A DNA stretch of 64,000 nt from Candidatus Limnocylindria bacterium (GCA_035514295.1 DATKBB010000116.1:8496-72495); one strand, 5' to 3'; positions 27,488 to 36,639 are shown, counted from the stretch's first letter. Numbers and translations: made by a program. The notes: generated by a model not told the origin, from the letters alone.

Positions 27488-28221
27488 TGGGCGGCGCAAG
27501 CCGCGTGGCCGGCAAGGTCGCCATCGTCACGGGTGGAACGCGGGGCATTGGTCGTGCCTGCGCTGAGCGCTTGGCGGAGGACGGCGCCCTGGTCGTCGTG
27601 GGCGACATCGTCGACCCGGTTTCGCCCTTCTCGGACCCCAATATCACCTTCCGCAAGCTCGACGTGTCCAGCGAGAGCTCGTGGACGGAGATCGTGGCTC
27701 ACACGGTCGAAACTCACGGCCGCCTCGACATCCTGGTCAACAACGCCGGCGTCATCAAGTACGCCGCCGTCGACAGCTGCAGCGTGGAGGACTGGCACGC
27801 GTCTATTGCGGTGAACGAAACAGGAGTCTTCCTGGGCATGCGCGCGGTAATACCGGAGATGCGCAAGCAAGGCGGCGGCTCCATCGTCAACGTCTCGTCC
27901 ATCTGGGGCTCGGTCGCGGTCGCGGGTGCCATTGGCTATCACGCAAGCAAAGGTGCCGTGACGGTCATGACCCGCAGCGCGGCGCTCTCGCTCATTCCCG
28001 ACAACATCCGGGTCAACTCAGTTCACCCCGGATTCATCGATACACCTCTGACCCAGGCACAGGACCCGGACATCAACACCTTCGTCATTGGTTTGACGCC
28101 CATGGGTCGTGCCGGCAAGCCGCGGGAGATCGCCAACGGGGTGCTCTTCCTGGCCAGCGACGAAGCCAGCTTCGTCACCGGCACGGGCTTGTTCATCGAC
28201 GGCGGTTACACCGCGCAGTAA
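27487..28221 (+). CDS. short-chain dehydrogenase/reductase (SDR)
   Basis: GKVAIVTGGTRGIG, NNAG, catalytic YHASKGAV. ATGA-type overlap with the upstream stop. Confidence 0.9.
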   Translation: MGGASRVAGKVAIVTGGTRGIGRACAERLAEDGALVVVGDIVDPVSPFSDPNITFRKLDVSSESSWTEIVAHTVETHGRLDILVNNAGVIKYAAVDSCSVEDWHASIAVNETGVFLGMRAVIPEMRKQGGGSIVNVSSIWGSVAVAGAIGYHASKGAVTVMTRSAALSLIPDNIRVNSVHPGFIDTPLTQAQDPDINTFVIGLTPMGRAGKPREIANGVLFLASDEASFVTGTGLFIDGGYTAQ

Positions 28222-28306
28222 CGAGCGCGGCGCCCACGTCTCACGGGACGCGGGACACCGAACGGCGGCCTCTCGGCCGTCGAATGCATCGTGAGGAGGA
28301 GATAGA

Positions 28307-29527
28307 GTGTCAGCTAGACAACGAGGGAGCACGCGCTGGCTACCCATCGCGACAGCCGGCTTGTTCGTGCTCGCGGCGTGCACCGGTGGTCCGCCAGCCA
28401 CCACTGACCCGCCCGCGCAGCCCACGCCGGCGCCGGCCGACACGCCGGCGCCGGCCGACACGCCAGTCGGCACGGATTACAACCAAACCTACAACCGCTC
28501 GGGCACCACCGCTGACCTGCTCGACATCACCGAGTTCTGCGGCGACAAGCCGATGAAGGTCGCGATGGCCGACGGCTTCGGCGGCAACTCATGGCGGAAG
28601 ATCACGCGGGCCGAGTTTGAGGATGAGGCGGCCAAGTGCCCCAACATCACCGAAGTCGCCTACACAGACGGGCAGAACGATCCGCAAAAGGCAATCTCGG
28701 ATCTCAACGGCTTGGTCGCCCAGGGCTTCGATGTGATCATCGGCTTTGCCGATGCGGGCGAGGCAATGGCACCGTCGTACAAGGACGCCTTCGACGCAGG
28801 TATCTCGATCGTGCCCTACATCGCGCCGCCTGGTGCGGCCGAGCCGGGTGTCGCGGTGACTGACGTCGTTCGCGAGGACGTGGCCGAATATGGACGCGTG
28901 CTGGCCGAGTGGACAATCGAAGCAATGGGCGGCGAGGGCAACCTGGTCATGCTCGGCGGCACGCCGGGCAACGGCTACAGCGCCGCTGTCTACGAGGCCG
29001 TCAAAGCGGCGGCAGCGAATCACCCCAACGTGAACCTGCTCAACATCGACCAGGGTGACACCTACATCATCACCAACTGGGAGCCGGGCAGGACCCAGGA
29101 GGTCGTCGCCGGGCTGCTGACTCAGTTCCCCTCCATCGACGGCATCGTCTCCGACTACGGCGGCGGCTCGGTGGGTGGCATCCGCGCCTTCCAGGCGGCC
29201 AACCGGCCCATCCCGCCCTGGTCAGCGAACGACTCCAACGAGTTCGCCTGCCTGTGGGTCAACCGCGATCCAAGCGAGGAGAGGTATCAGATCGCCACCA
29301 TCTCTTCGCGCAACTGGATCTCGCGCGTGGCCCTGCGCCGCGCAGTCGCCAACTTCCAGGGGATCCAGAACCCGGAGCCGCAGATCATCGTGCTGCCCCT
29401 CTCGGAGGACTCACTGTCCGACGACCCGGCCCTCGCACCGCAGTGCGACGAGGATCTGCCACCCGACGCGATCCTGTCCTCGCAGCTCAGCACAGACCAA
29501 CTCAAGGAGCTCTTCGCCGGCCAGTAG
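28307..29527 (+). CDS. sugar-type (CUT2-like) ABC transporter substrate-binding lipoprotein
   Basis: Lipobox LFVLAAC followed by a Pro/Thr/Ala linker. The body resembles periplasmic-binding-protein type I. Confidence 0.7.
   Translation: MSARQRGSTRWLPIATAGLFVLAACTGGPPATTDPPAQPTPAPADTPAPADTPVGTDYNQTYNRSGTTADLLDITEFCGDKPMKVAMADGFGGNSWRKITRAEFEDEAAKCPNITEVAYTDGQNDPQKAISDLNGLVAQGFDVIIGFADAGEAMAPSYKDAFDAGISIVPYIAPPGAAEPGVAVTDVVREDVAEYGRVLAEWTIEAMGGEGNLVMLGGTPGNGYSAAVYEAVKAAAANHPNVNLLNIDQGDTYIITNWEPGRTQEVVAGLLTQFPSIDGIVSDYGGGSVGGIRAFQAANRPIPPWSANDSNEFACLWVNRDPSEERYQIATISSRNWISRVALRRAVANFQGIQNPEPQIIVLPLSEDSLSDDPALAPQCDEDLPPDAILSSQLSTDQLKELFAGQ
28423..28464 (+). repeat. perfect 18-bp tandem duplication (cacgccggcgccggccga x2, plus a partial third copy) encoding PAPADT PAPADT in the lipoprotein linker
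   Basis: Read directly from the sequence. Confidence 0.9.
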
Positions 29528-29533
29528 GCACGC

Positions 29534-32092
29534 ATGGAGCACCCAGTCAACCAATCCGCAGAGGTATGGATGGATCCTGCTCGGATCGCCTTGTCGCTCA
29601 CCGGCGTTTCCAAGACCTTTCCCGGAGTGGTCGCCTTGCGCGACGTTTCCTTCGAGGTCGAGGCGGGTGAGATCCACGCCCTGGTTGGCGGAAACGGAGC
29701 GGGTAAGTCCACCCTGATGGGAATCGCCGCCGGCTCCACCTCGCCCGATTCGGGCCGGGTGGAGATCGGCGGCGAAGTCATGCTTTCGGCCAGTCCTGTC
29801 CGAGCACGTCAGCTGGGACTGGCCATCGTTCGCCAAAATCCAGCGCTGCTGCCCGATCTCTCGGTGGCCGAGAACATGTGGCTCGGAGTTCGGCCCCAGC
29901 TGCGCGGCGGCATCGGTGCCGCAGGCGAGTGGGCGCGCCGGCAACTGCAACCGTGGGGCATTCCCATCGATCCGGGCACGCGCATCGTCGACCTATCGCT
30001 GCATCGCCAGTTCATCGTCGAGATCGCCAAGGCCATTGCCATTGAGCCCAGCATCCTCGTGCTCGATGAGCCCACGGAACACCTGACTGCGCCCGAGATC
30101 GACCAGCTCTTCGAGCGAGTGCGCGCCGTCCGCGAGCGAGGCGGATCGGTGGTCTACATCAGTCATCGCATACCCGAGGTCAAGCGCATCGCGGATCGCA
30201 TCACCGTCCTGCGCGACGGCGAGACCCGCGGCACCTACGAGAATGCGGCGGTCAGCGAGGACGACATCGTTCGCCTGATCGTTGGCCGGGCTGTTGAGAC
30301 GGTCTTCCCGCCCAAGCGCGCGGATGCGGCGGAGGCTGAGGAAACCGCGCCGCTGATGATCGTCGATGAACTCAGCGGCGACGGGTTCTCGGGCGTCTCG
30401 ATGAGCCTGCAACCAGGCGAGATAGTGGGCCTGGCCGGAGTCGAGGGCAACGGCCAACGCGAGTTCCTGAGGTCGCTGGCCGGGCTAGAGCCGGCGCGGG
30501 GCAGCGTCCTGCTCGCAGATCGCTCGCTGAAGCTCAACGATCCAACGGCTATGCGCAACGCTGGCGTCTCCTACTTGCCCCAGGATCGGCAGGCAGAGGC
30601 CCTGCTGCTCAACATGCCCGTTCGCGACAATATGTCGCTTGGCTCGCTTGCCATCTTCGCCCGGCTGGGCGTCGTACAGCGCAGGGCCGAAGCACATGCC
30701 GTCGCCGGCCAGATCGGCAGCCTGGACATCAAGACGCCCAGTCAAGAGACAGAGATCAGGGCTCTGTCGGGCGGCAACCAGCAGAAGGTGATGCTGGCAC
30801 GCAATGCCCTGGGCGAGCCGCGAGTGCTGCTGGCGGAAGAGCCAACGCAGGGCGTCGACGCCGGCGCTCGCGTGGAGATCTACCGCATTCTGCGCGGCAG
30901 CGCCGATGGTGGCGCCGGTGTCGTCGTGTTGAGCAGCGACGAGATCGAGCTGGAGGGCCTGTGCGACCGCGTGCTCATCTTCTCGCGTGGCCGCGTCGTG
31001 CGCGAGTTGGTGGGCCCGGCGGTGACCGAGCACAAGATCCAGGAGGCGGCCCTGCGCGCGACGCAACTTCGCGAGCGACAGGACGCCGCCATGGAACGCA
31101 CCGGCAGGACGCGCCTGCGCGACTTCGTGAGGGGGGATTACGGGCCGTCGGTCATCCTTGCGCTGGCCATCGTCCTGCTGGGCATCTATGCCACCTGGGT
31201 GAACCCGTCGTACCTCACCGAGCGCAACTTCGGCGGAGTGCTACAGCTGCTCGCCGCGCTGACATTTGTCTCTGTCGGGCAGCTGATCGTCATGCTCACC
31301 GGGGGCATCGACCTGTCGGTGGGCGCGCTGACCGGCTTCATTGCCGTGGTGGCTTCGTTCATCATCGTCGACCAACCTGATCGGGTCATCGGGCTGGCCG
31401 GGACGGCCGGGCTGGTAGCCGGACTGGTCCTGATCATCGGCATCGCGCTGGGCACCGGTCTGCTCAACGGCCTGCTGGTCCGCAAGGCGCTGATCACGCC
31501 GGTCGTGGCCACGCTCGCCGTGTCCATAGCGGTGGGCGGCCTGGCGCTTTGGCTGCGGCCCACACCGGGCGGCCTAATACAGTCGGGCGTAACGGAGCTG
31601 GTGCGTACTCGCGTCGGCTTCATTCCAATAGCCGTCATCCTGGCCATCGGGCTCGTACTGCTGCTGGAGTTCCTCCTCCGGCGGCGCGCATGGGGCCTCG
31701 AACTCCGCGCCTCGGGCTCCAGTGCGGAGGTGGCTGGTCGGCTGGGCATTCCGGTGAACCGGCGCGTCATTGGAGCGTACATGCTGTGCTCGCTCATCAT
31801 GGTCCTGGCAGCTTTCATGCTGATGGGCCAGATAGGCGTGGGTGATGCCAGCTCGGGCGTCAGCTACACCCTGGCCAGCATCGGCGCCGTGGTATTGGGC
31901 GGGGCCAGCATCTTCGGCGGCCGTGGCTCATTTATCGGGGCCCTGTTGGGCGCGGCGACGCTTCAGCAGGCGACCACCGTAACCTCGTTCCTGCGCCTGG
32001 ATTCGTCGGCGACCTTTCTACTGCTGGGCCTGCTCACATTGGGCGCGGCCGCGATCTACTCGACGGCTCGCCATACGCGGGTGCGAGCATGA
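29534..32092 (+). CDS. fused ABC transporter: tandem-NBD ATPase (RbsA/MglA-like) joined in frame to a permease domain (RbsC-like)
   Basis: A single 852-aa ORF. It has GGNGAGKST, then a second NBD (GLAGVEGNGQRE, LSGGNQQK), then a hydrophobic domain with LTGGIDLSVGAL. No stop codon separates the ATPase and permease parts. Confidence 0.8.
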   Translation: MEHPVNQSAEVWMDPARIALSLTGVSKTFPGVVALRDVSFEVEAGEIHALVGGNGAGKSTLMGIAAGSTSPDSGRVEIGGEVMLSASPVRARQLGLAIVRQNPALLPDLSVAENMWLGVRPQLRGGIGAAGEWARRQLQPWGIPIDPGTRIVDLSLHRQFIVEIAKAIAIEPSILVLDEPTEHLTAPEIDQLFERVRAVRERGGSVVYISHRIPEVKRIADRITVLRDGETRGTYENAAVSEDDIVRLIVGRAVETVFPPKRADAAEAEETAPLMIVDELSGDGFSGVSMSLQPGEIVGLAGVEGNGQREFLRSLAGLEPARGSVLLADRSLKLNDPTAMRNAGVSYLPQDRQAEALLLNMPVRDNMSLGSLAIFARLGVVQRRAEAHAVAGQIGSLDIKTPSQETEIRALSGGNQQKVMLARNALGEPRVLLAEEPTQGVDAGARVEIYRILRGSADGGAGVVVLSSDEIELEGLCDRVLIFSRGRVVRELVGPAVTEHKIQEAALRATQLRERQDAAMERTGRTRLRDFVRGDYGPSVILALAIVLLGIYATWVNPSYLTERNFGGVLQLLAALTFVSVGQLIVMLTGGIDLSVGALTGFIAVVASFIIVDQPDRVIGLAGTAGLVAGLVLIIGIALGTGLLNGLLVRKALITPVVATLAVSIAVGGLALWLRPTPGGLIQSGVTELVRTRVGFIPIAVILAIGLVLLLEFLLRRRAWGLELRASGSSAEVAGRLGIPVNRRVIGAYMLCSLIMVLAAFMLMGQIGVGDASSGVSYTLASIGAVVLGGASIFGGRGSFIGALLGAATLQQATTVTSFLRLDSSATFLLLGLLTLGAAAIYSTARHTRVRA

Positions 32093-33126
32093 GGAGCTGG
32101 CGCCTGCCGCGCTTCAGCGGTATCTGGCTGGGCACGGCGGCCATCTTCCTGATCGGCTTCTTGATCAACCCCAGGACAGTCTCAGAAAGCACGGTCTACT
32201 CGATGCTGCCCTTCTTCGCCATCCTGGCCATCGCCGCCATCGGCCAGACGCTGGTCGTGATGCAGCGCGGGCTGGACCTCTCAGTTGCGGGCGCCATTGC
32301 CGCGGGCGCAGTGGCCTTTACCAAGACAGCCAACGTCAACGACGAAGGTATCGTCGCGGGCATCGTGGTGGCGCTGGCCGTGGTGGCGCTGGCCGGGCTC
32401 ATCACCGGCATCGCGGTAACTCGCTTCCACGTCACACCGCTGGTGGCCACGTTGGCCATCAACGCCCTCCTGCTGGCTTTCGTCAACTGGTATTCGCGCG
32501 GCTTTCCAACAGGTGCCCCGGACGCAATCAATCAGTTCGCTCTGGGCAGGGCCCTGGGATTGGTGCCGAACCTCGTCGTTATCGCGATCGTCCTGGTCCT
32601 GATCAGCCACTTTTTGCTGCGCTCCACGGTCATCGGCCGTCGCTTCACTGCGTCGGGCGAAAACCCGCGCGCCGCTCGAGCGGCCGGCATCCCGGTGATC
32701 CGCTACCAGGTTGCGACTTACGTCATAGCGAGCCTCTTCTACGGGGTCGCGGGCATCCTGCTGGCCGCCTTCATCAAGACGCCGCCCATCTTCAGCGGCA
32801 CGACCTACCTGTTGGGTACGGTCGCCGCGGTGGTGCTGGGTGGTACGGCCCTGACGGGCGGCATCGGCAGCATCATCGCCACCACCGGCGGCGCGCTGTT
32901 CATGTCGCAGCTGGGCGCTATCGTCCTGGGCATAGGCCTGCCAACGTCAGCCCAGCAGGTGCTCCAGGCGTCGGCGATCATTCTGGTCGTGGGGCTGCGC
33001 GGCGTGTACTGGACCGGGGCGCGCGATCGGCTGCGATCAATGTTCGGTGGCACCAACGTCCAGGCCGAGACAGCCGCTGCCGCGCCGCCGCCAAGGACTG
33101 CTCCCCCGCCCTCAGATAGCAGCTGA
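32089..33126 (+). CDS. ABC transporter permease (RbsC-like, second membrane subunit)
   Basis: 345 aa, polytopic, with QRGLDLSVAGAIA. 4-nt overlap with the upstream gene. Confidence 0.8.
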   Translation: MRSWRLPRFSGIWLGTAAIFLIGFLINPRTVSESTVYSMLPFFAILAIAAIGQTLVVMQRGLDLSVAGAIAAGAVAFTKTANVNDEGIVAGIVVALAVVALAGLITGIAVTRFHVTPLVATLAINALLLAFVNWYSRGFPTGAPDAINQFALGRALGLVPNLVVIAIVLVLISHFLLRSTVIGRRFTASGENPRAARAAGIPVIRYQVATYVIASLFYGVAGILLAAFIKTPPIFSGTTYLLGTVAAVVLGGTALTGGIGSIIATTGGALFMSQLGAIVLGIGLPTSAQQVLQASAIILVVGLRGVYWTGARDRLRSMFGGTNVQAETAAAAPPPRTAPPPSDSS

Positions 33127-33145
33127 GGCCCGGCACGGCGCTTCG

Positions 33146-33994
33146 ATGATCGCCCTCGCTGGTGGCCTCGGGTCCGCGCTGGCCTGGGGCCTGGCCACGC
33201 TGTTCTCGGCACGTTCGAGCCGGCGCATAGGCGCCGCGCCAACGCTGGCCTGGGTCTCGATCGTAGGTTTCGTGGCCTGCTTGCCACTCGTGGCAACTTC
33301 CCAGCCGCCTGCGTCCCTTGCCACTTTCGACGCAATGCTGCTGGTGCTGGTTGGCTTGGGCTACATAGGCGGCCTGCTCGCCCTATATGCTGCCATGGCT
33401 CGCGGACCGGTTGGCATAGCGGCACCGGTCGCCTCGACCGAAGGCGGCATCGCCGCGCTCATCGCCGTAGCAGGTGGGGAGCCGGCAGAGATGCTCCTGC
33501 TGCTGGCGCTGGCGGTGGTGGTCGCCGGTGTCGTGGTTGCCACGATACAACCCGGCGCCGGCGGCTGGGGTCGCATAGAGGGTGGCCCTGCCTTCCTGCT
33601 GCTGGCAGTGGCGGCCGCGGTGATGCTCGGCGTGAGCCTCTATGCCGCCGGTCACCTAAGTGGTTCAGTCCCGCCCGCCTGGATTGCGATTGCCGGCCGG
33701 GCGGCCGGGGTTCTGCTGATCGCGGCGCCGTTGCTCCTGTTCAGGCGCCTTCGCGTTGACCGCCGTGTCGCGCCGTTTGTCATCGCGGCCGGCCTGCTGG
33801 AGCCCATTGGCTACCTCTCCTTCGTTGCGGCAGCCAGTCAGTCGATCAGCGTTGCGGCGGTGCTGGCCTCGCAATTCGCAGTCGTGGCCGTCATTGGGGC
33901 CTTCTTCCTGGGCGAACGACTGGACCTGCGTCAGCGAGCGGGGGTGATCACTGTCGCCCTGGGCGTTGCCGCCGTGGCGTTCTTGAGCAGCTGA
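33146..33994 (+). CDS. EamA/DMT-family transporter
   Basis: ATG at 33146. About 10 hydrophobic helices in two halves. Confidence 0.65.
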   Translation: MIALAGGLGSALAWGLATLFSARSSRRIGAAPTLAWVSIVGFVACLPLVATSQPPASLATFDAMLLVLVGLGYIGGLLALYAAMARGPVGIAAPVASTEGGIAALIAVAGGEPAEMLLLLALAVVVAGVVVATIQPGAGGWGRIEGGPAFLLLAVAAAVMLGVSLYAAGHLSGSVPPAWIAIAGRAAGVLLIAAPLLLFRRLRVDRRVAPFVIAAGLLEPIGYLSFVAAASQSISVAAVLASQFAVVAVIGAFFLGERLDLRQRAGVITVALGVAAVAFLSS

Positions 33995-33996
33995 GC

Positions 33997-35829
33997 TCAG
34001 GCAAGGTCGGGTCCGAACGACTCCAGCTTGCGGTACAGCGTCGAGCGAGAAATGCCGAGCGCCCGGGCGGAACGCTGCTTGTTGCCGCCGTGCTCTGCGA
34101 GCGCCGAGCGAATGGCCTGGATCTCGGCCTGCTCCAGCTCGGCGCGGCCGGGCTGCCGAACACGGTGGCGCAGGCGGTTGGGCAGGTCGGCCAGCCGGAT
34201 CTCGCCGCCCTTCGCTGCGCCCACCAGTTCGCGCACCACACTCTCGAGCTCACGAACGTTGCCCGGCCATTGAGCATTCATCAGCGCGTGCATCGCGTCG
34301 CTGTTCCAACGCGGCGTCAGCGGGCCGCCGCCTGCATGGCGGCGGGCCAGCATAGCGACGATGTCGGGGATGTCCTCGCGCCGGCTGCGCAGTGCCGGGA
34401 CCTCGAGGGTTGAGCCCAGTCGCTCTATCAGGGCCATAACCGCTCCAGAAGGCCGGGCGTCCGAGATACTGCACGTCGCCAGCATCCGCGATCCGCCGAT
34501 CCCCCTGTCGTCCAGGATGGCGCAGACGGCCGCACAGGCCTGCTCGCCGAGCAGGTTCACGTGGCGGATGATGGCCCCACCGTCGTGGGCGAGCACCTCG
34601 TGCAGCGAGCGAACCCAGGCCGCCGCCCCGAGCACGGGCTCCATCGCCGCATCCACCACGATCATGCTCTTGCCGGAAACGCTCAGGGCGGCCATCAGCA
34701 GGGCCACCTTGCCCGTTCCCCGCTCGCCCGAGATGACCATCGGCCGGCCCTCCCGCACGTTACGCAGGGCAGTCGAGCAGAGTGACTGCCAGGCTGCCGA
34801 GTTGCCGGCCATGCCGGGCAGGCTGGGCAGCGCCGAAGCTGCCTGCCGGCTCGTCGCCGGAAGGGGAGGATCGATCTCGATTACTGCTCCAAAGGCCACC
34901 AGGCCGTCGTCGACTGGCCGGACGCGAGCGGAAACGACCTCGCCGCCCGAGAGTGGCAGCTCAGTGCGGCGCGAGCCGGCCGCAGCGGAGCCGTTGGCCG
35001 CGATTTCCCACAGCAGCGCATGGTCCACGCCATCGAGCAGGCGGGCGGCAGCTGGATTGGTGATGACCAGTTGATCGGTCACCGCAACGACGGGACGGGT
35101 CGAGCGACGAGCTACGGAGAGGAAGGTGTCGAGCAGCATGCGTTCGCGAGCGGTCGCCTGCAGCAGCATGCGTTGCTGGATGTCCTCGGCCACCTGCACG
35201 GCCAGGGGCAGGAGCAGCTCATTGCTGTCCTCGTAGCGCACCGCCAGGGTCACCACGCCCTCGATCTGGCCAGAGAGAGGGTGGCGCACGGGAGCTCCAA
35301 CGCAGCTGAATCCCTGGAATGCGTCGATGTAGTGCTCCGGCCCCTTCACCTCCACCGGTATGCCCTCGACGAGCACCGAACCAAGGCCGTTGGTGCCGGC
35401 CACCTCTTCGTGGAGTGACGCCCCGTCCACGGAGTTGGCCCGGTCCAGGCGACGCCGCAGCCCGTGATCCGAGACCCAGCGGGTGATGACCCGCGCATTC
35501 CGGTCGGCCAGCATGACGCTCGTCGACGTATCCCCGAGTCGCTCGCCGAGGTCCTGCAGGACGGGCTTGGCGGCAACATAGAGCCGGCCGTTGAGCTCGA
35601 CCAGGTCCACGTCGGGCAACTGACGGAGCTCCGGGCGCACGCCACTGACCGACGACCGCCGCCACGATGCTTCGATCTGCTGGCGGACGCGTGATGGCGC
35701 ACGACCCGTAGTCAGGAAGATCTCTCGTGCGGCACGGCCAGTGCGCACGAACTCGTCTGCCCGAGCGGCCATCTCTGCGCCCCTCCGCGTGTCCCCCGAT
35801 GCGACCCCAAGACAAGAGTCACTCGACAC
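33997..35829 (-). CDS. AcoR-like transcriptional regulator: N-terminal sensory (GAF-like) region, degenerate sigma54-interaction AAA+ domain and Fis-type HTH
   Basis: ISGERGTGKV Walker A-like motif, WPGNVRELES, and C-terminal GGNKQRSARALGISRSTLYRKL. No GAFTGA loop or DE Walker B was found. The start could be 35772. Confidence 0.75.
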   Translation of the reverse strand: MSSDSCLGVASGDTRRGAEMAARADEFVRTGRAAREIFLTTGRAPSRVRQQIEASWRRSSVSGVRPELRQLPDVDLVELNGRLYVAAKPVLQDLGERLGDTSTSVMLADRNARVITRWVSDHGLRRRLDRANSVDGASLHEEVAGTNGLGSVLVEGIPVEVKGPEHYIDAFQGFSCVGAPVRHPLSGQIEGVVTLAVRYEDSNELLLPLAVQVAEDIQQRMLLQATARERMLLDTFLSVARRSTRPVVAVTDQLVITNPAAARLLDGVDHALLWEIAANGSAAAGSRRTELPLSGGEVVSARVRPVDDGLVAFGAVIEIDPPLPATSRQAASALPSLPGMAGNSAAWQSLCSTALRNVREGRPMVISGERGTGKVALLMAALSVSGKSMIVVDAAMEPVLGAAAWVRSLHEVLAHDGGAIIRHVNLLGEQACAAVCAILDDRGIGGSRMLATCSISDARPSGAVMALIERLGSTLEVPALRSRREDIPDIVAMLARRHAGGGPLTPRWNSDAMHALMNAQWPGNVRELESVVRELVGAAKGGEIRLADLPNRLRHRVRQPGRAELEQAEIQAIRSALAEHGGNKQRSARALGISRSTLYRKLESFGPDLA

Positions 35830-35936
35830 CTGTCTCGTGGCAGCGACGTCCAGGCCAACAGCCCTCCGGCTGGGCCTCAGGATACTGCTATGTGCTCCAG
35901 GTTATGTACTCCTGTCGATATGCGTACAGCTGGTGG

Positions 35937-36635
35937 TCACTGCGCCCGGTAGGCAGCGGCGATCGTAGGCGCCGAGAAATCGGCGGGCGAGCCGGCCAGG
36001 GTGACGCGCCCCTTCAGCAGGCAGTACAGCCGGTCGGCGAAAGTCAATGCCCGATCCAGGTTCTGCTCGACGAAGAGCACGGCGGTGCCGGCGCTGGTGA
36101 TCGCCCGTATGGCTTCGCCCAGCTGTCGCGCCAGGGCAGGTGAAGGGCCAAGGGACAACTCGTCGAGCATCAGCAGGCGTGGATTGGTCATCAGCGCCCG
36201 GCCAATGGCAAGTAGCTGCTGTTCCGGCCCGGGCAGCATCGCTGCGCTTCGCTTGCCGTACGCGCCCAGGGCGGGGAAGACACGGGTGACCGTGCGCAGA
36301 TCCCATGGGCCCGGGCGGCCTCGGTAGGCTCCCACGAGCAGGTTTTCCTCGACGCTCAAGCTGGGGAACACCCGACGTTCCTGGGGCACCAGGCCAATGC
36401 CCTGGCGCACCCGCTCGTGCGCGCGGGCACGGTTGATGTTCCGTCCGTCGAAGCGCACTCGGCCCTCGATCACGGGAACGAGCCCGGCAACCATTTTCAG
36501 GAAAGTGGATTTCCCGGCCCGGCTGGGCCCGATGAGGGCCACCGCTTCACCCTCATCGACGCGTAGATCCACTTCGGCGAGCGGCGCCCCGGCAGCAACG
36601 TTGCAGCTCACGCGCTCCACCGAAAGCAGGCTCAT
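35937..36635 (-). CDS. orphan LivF-like ABC ATPase with a degenerate signature motif
   Basis: ATG at 36635. Walker A GPSRAGKST and Walker B LLMLDE are present, but LPGPEQQ replaces LSGGEQQ. Confidence 0.75.
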   Translation of the reverse strand: MSLLSVERVSCNVAAGAPLAEVDLRVDEGEAVALIGPSRAGKSTFLKMVAGLVPVIEGRVRFDGRNINRARAHERVRQGIGLVPQERRVFPSLSVEENLLVGAYRGRPGPWDLRTVTRVFPALGAYGKRSAAMLPGPEQQLLAIGRALMTNPRLLMLDELSLGPSPALARQLGEAIRAITSAGTAVLFVEQNLDRALTFADRLYCLLKGRVTLAGSPADFSAPTIAAAYRAQ

Positions 36636-36639
36636 GCCG

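Noticed and set aside
28423-28464. Direct repeats considered as a possible CRISPR or minisatellite
   Set aside because: Only about 2.3 contiguous copies of 18 bp with no spacers, lying inside a coding linker. Nowhere in the window did I see repeat-spacer periodicity typical of CRISPR.
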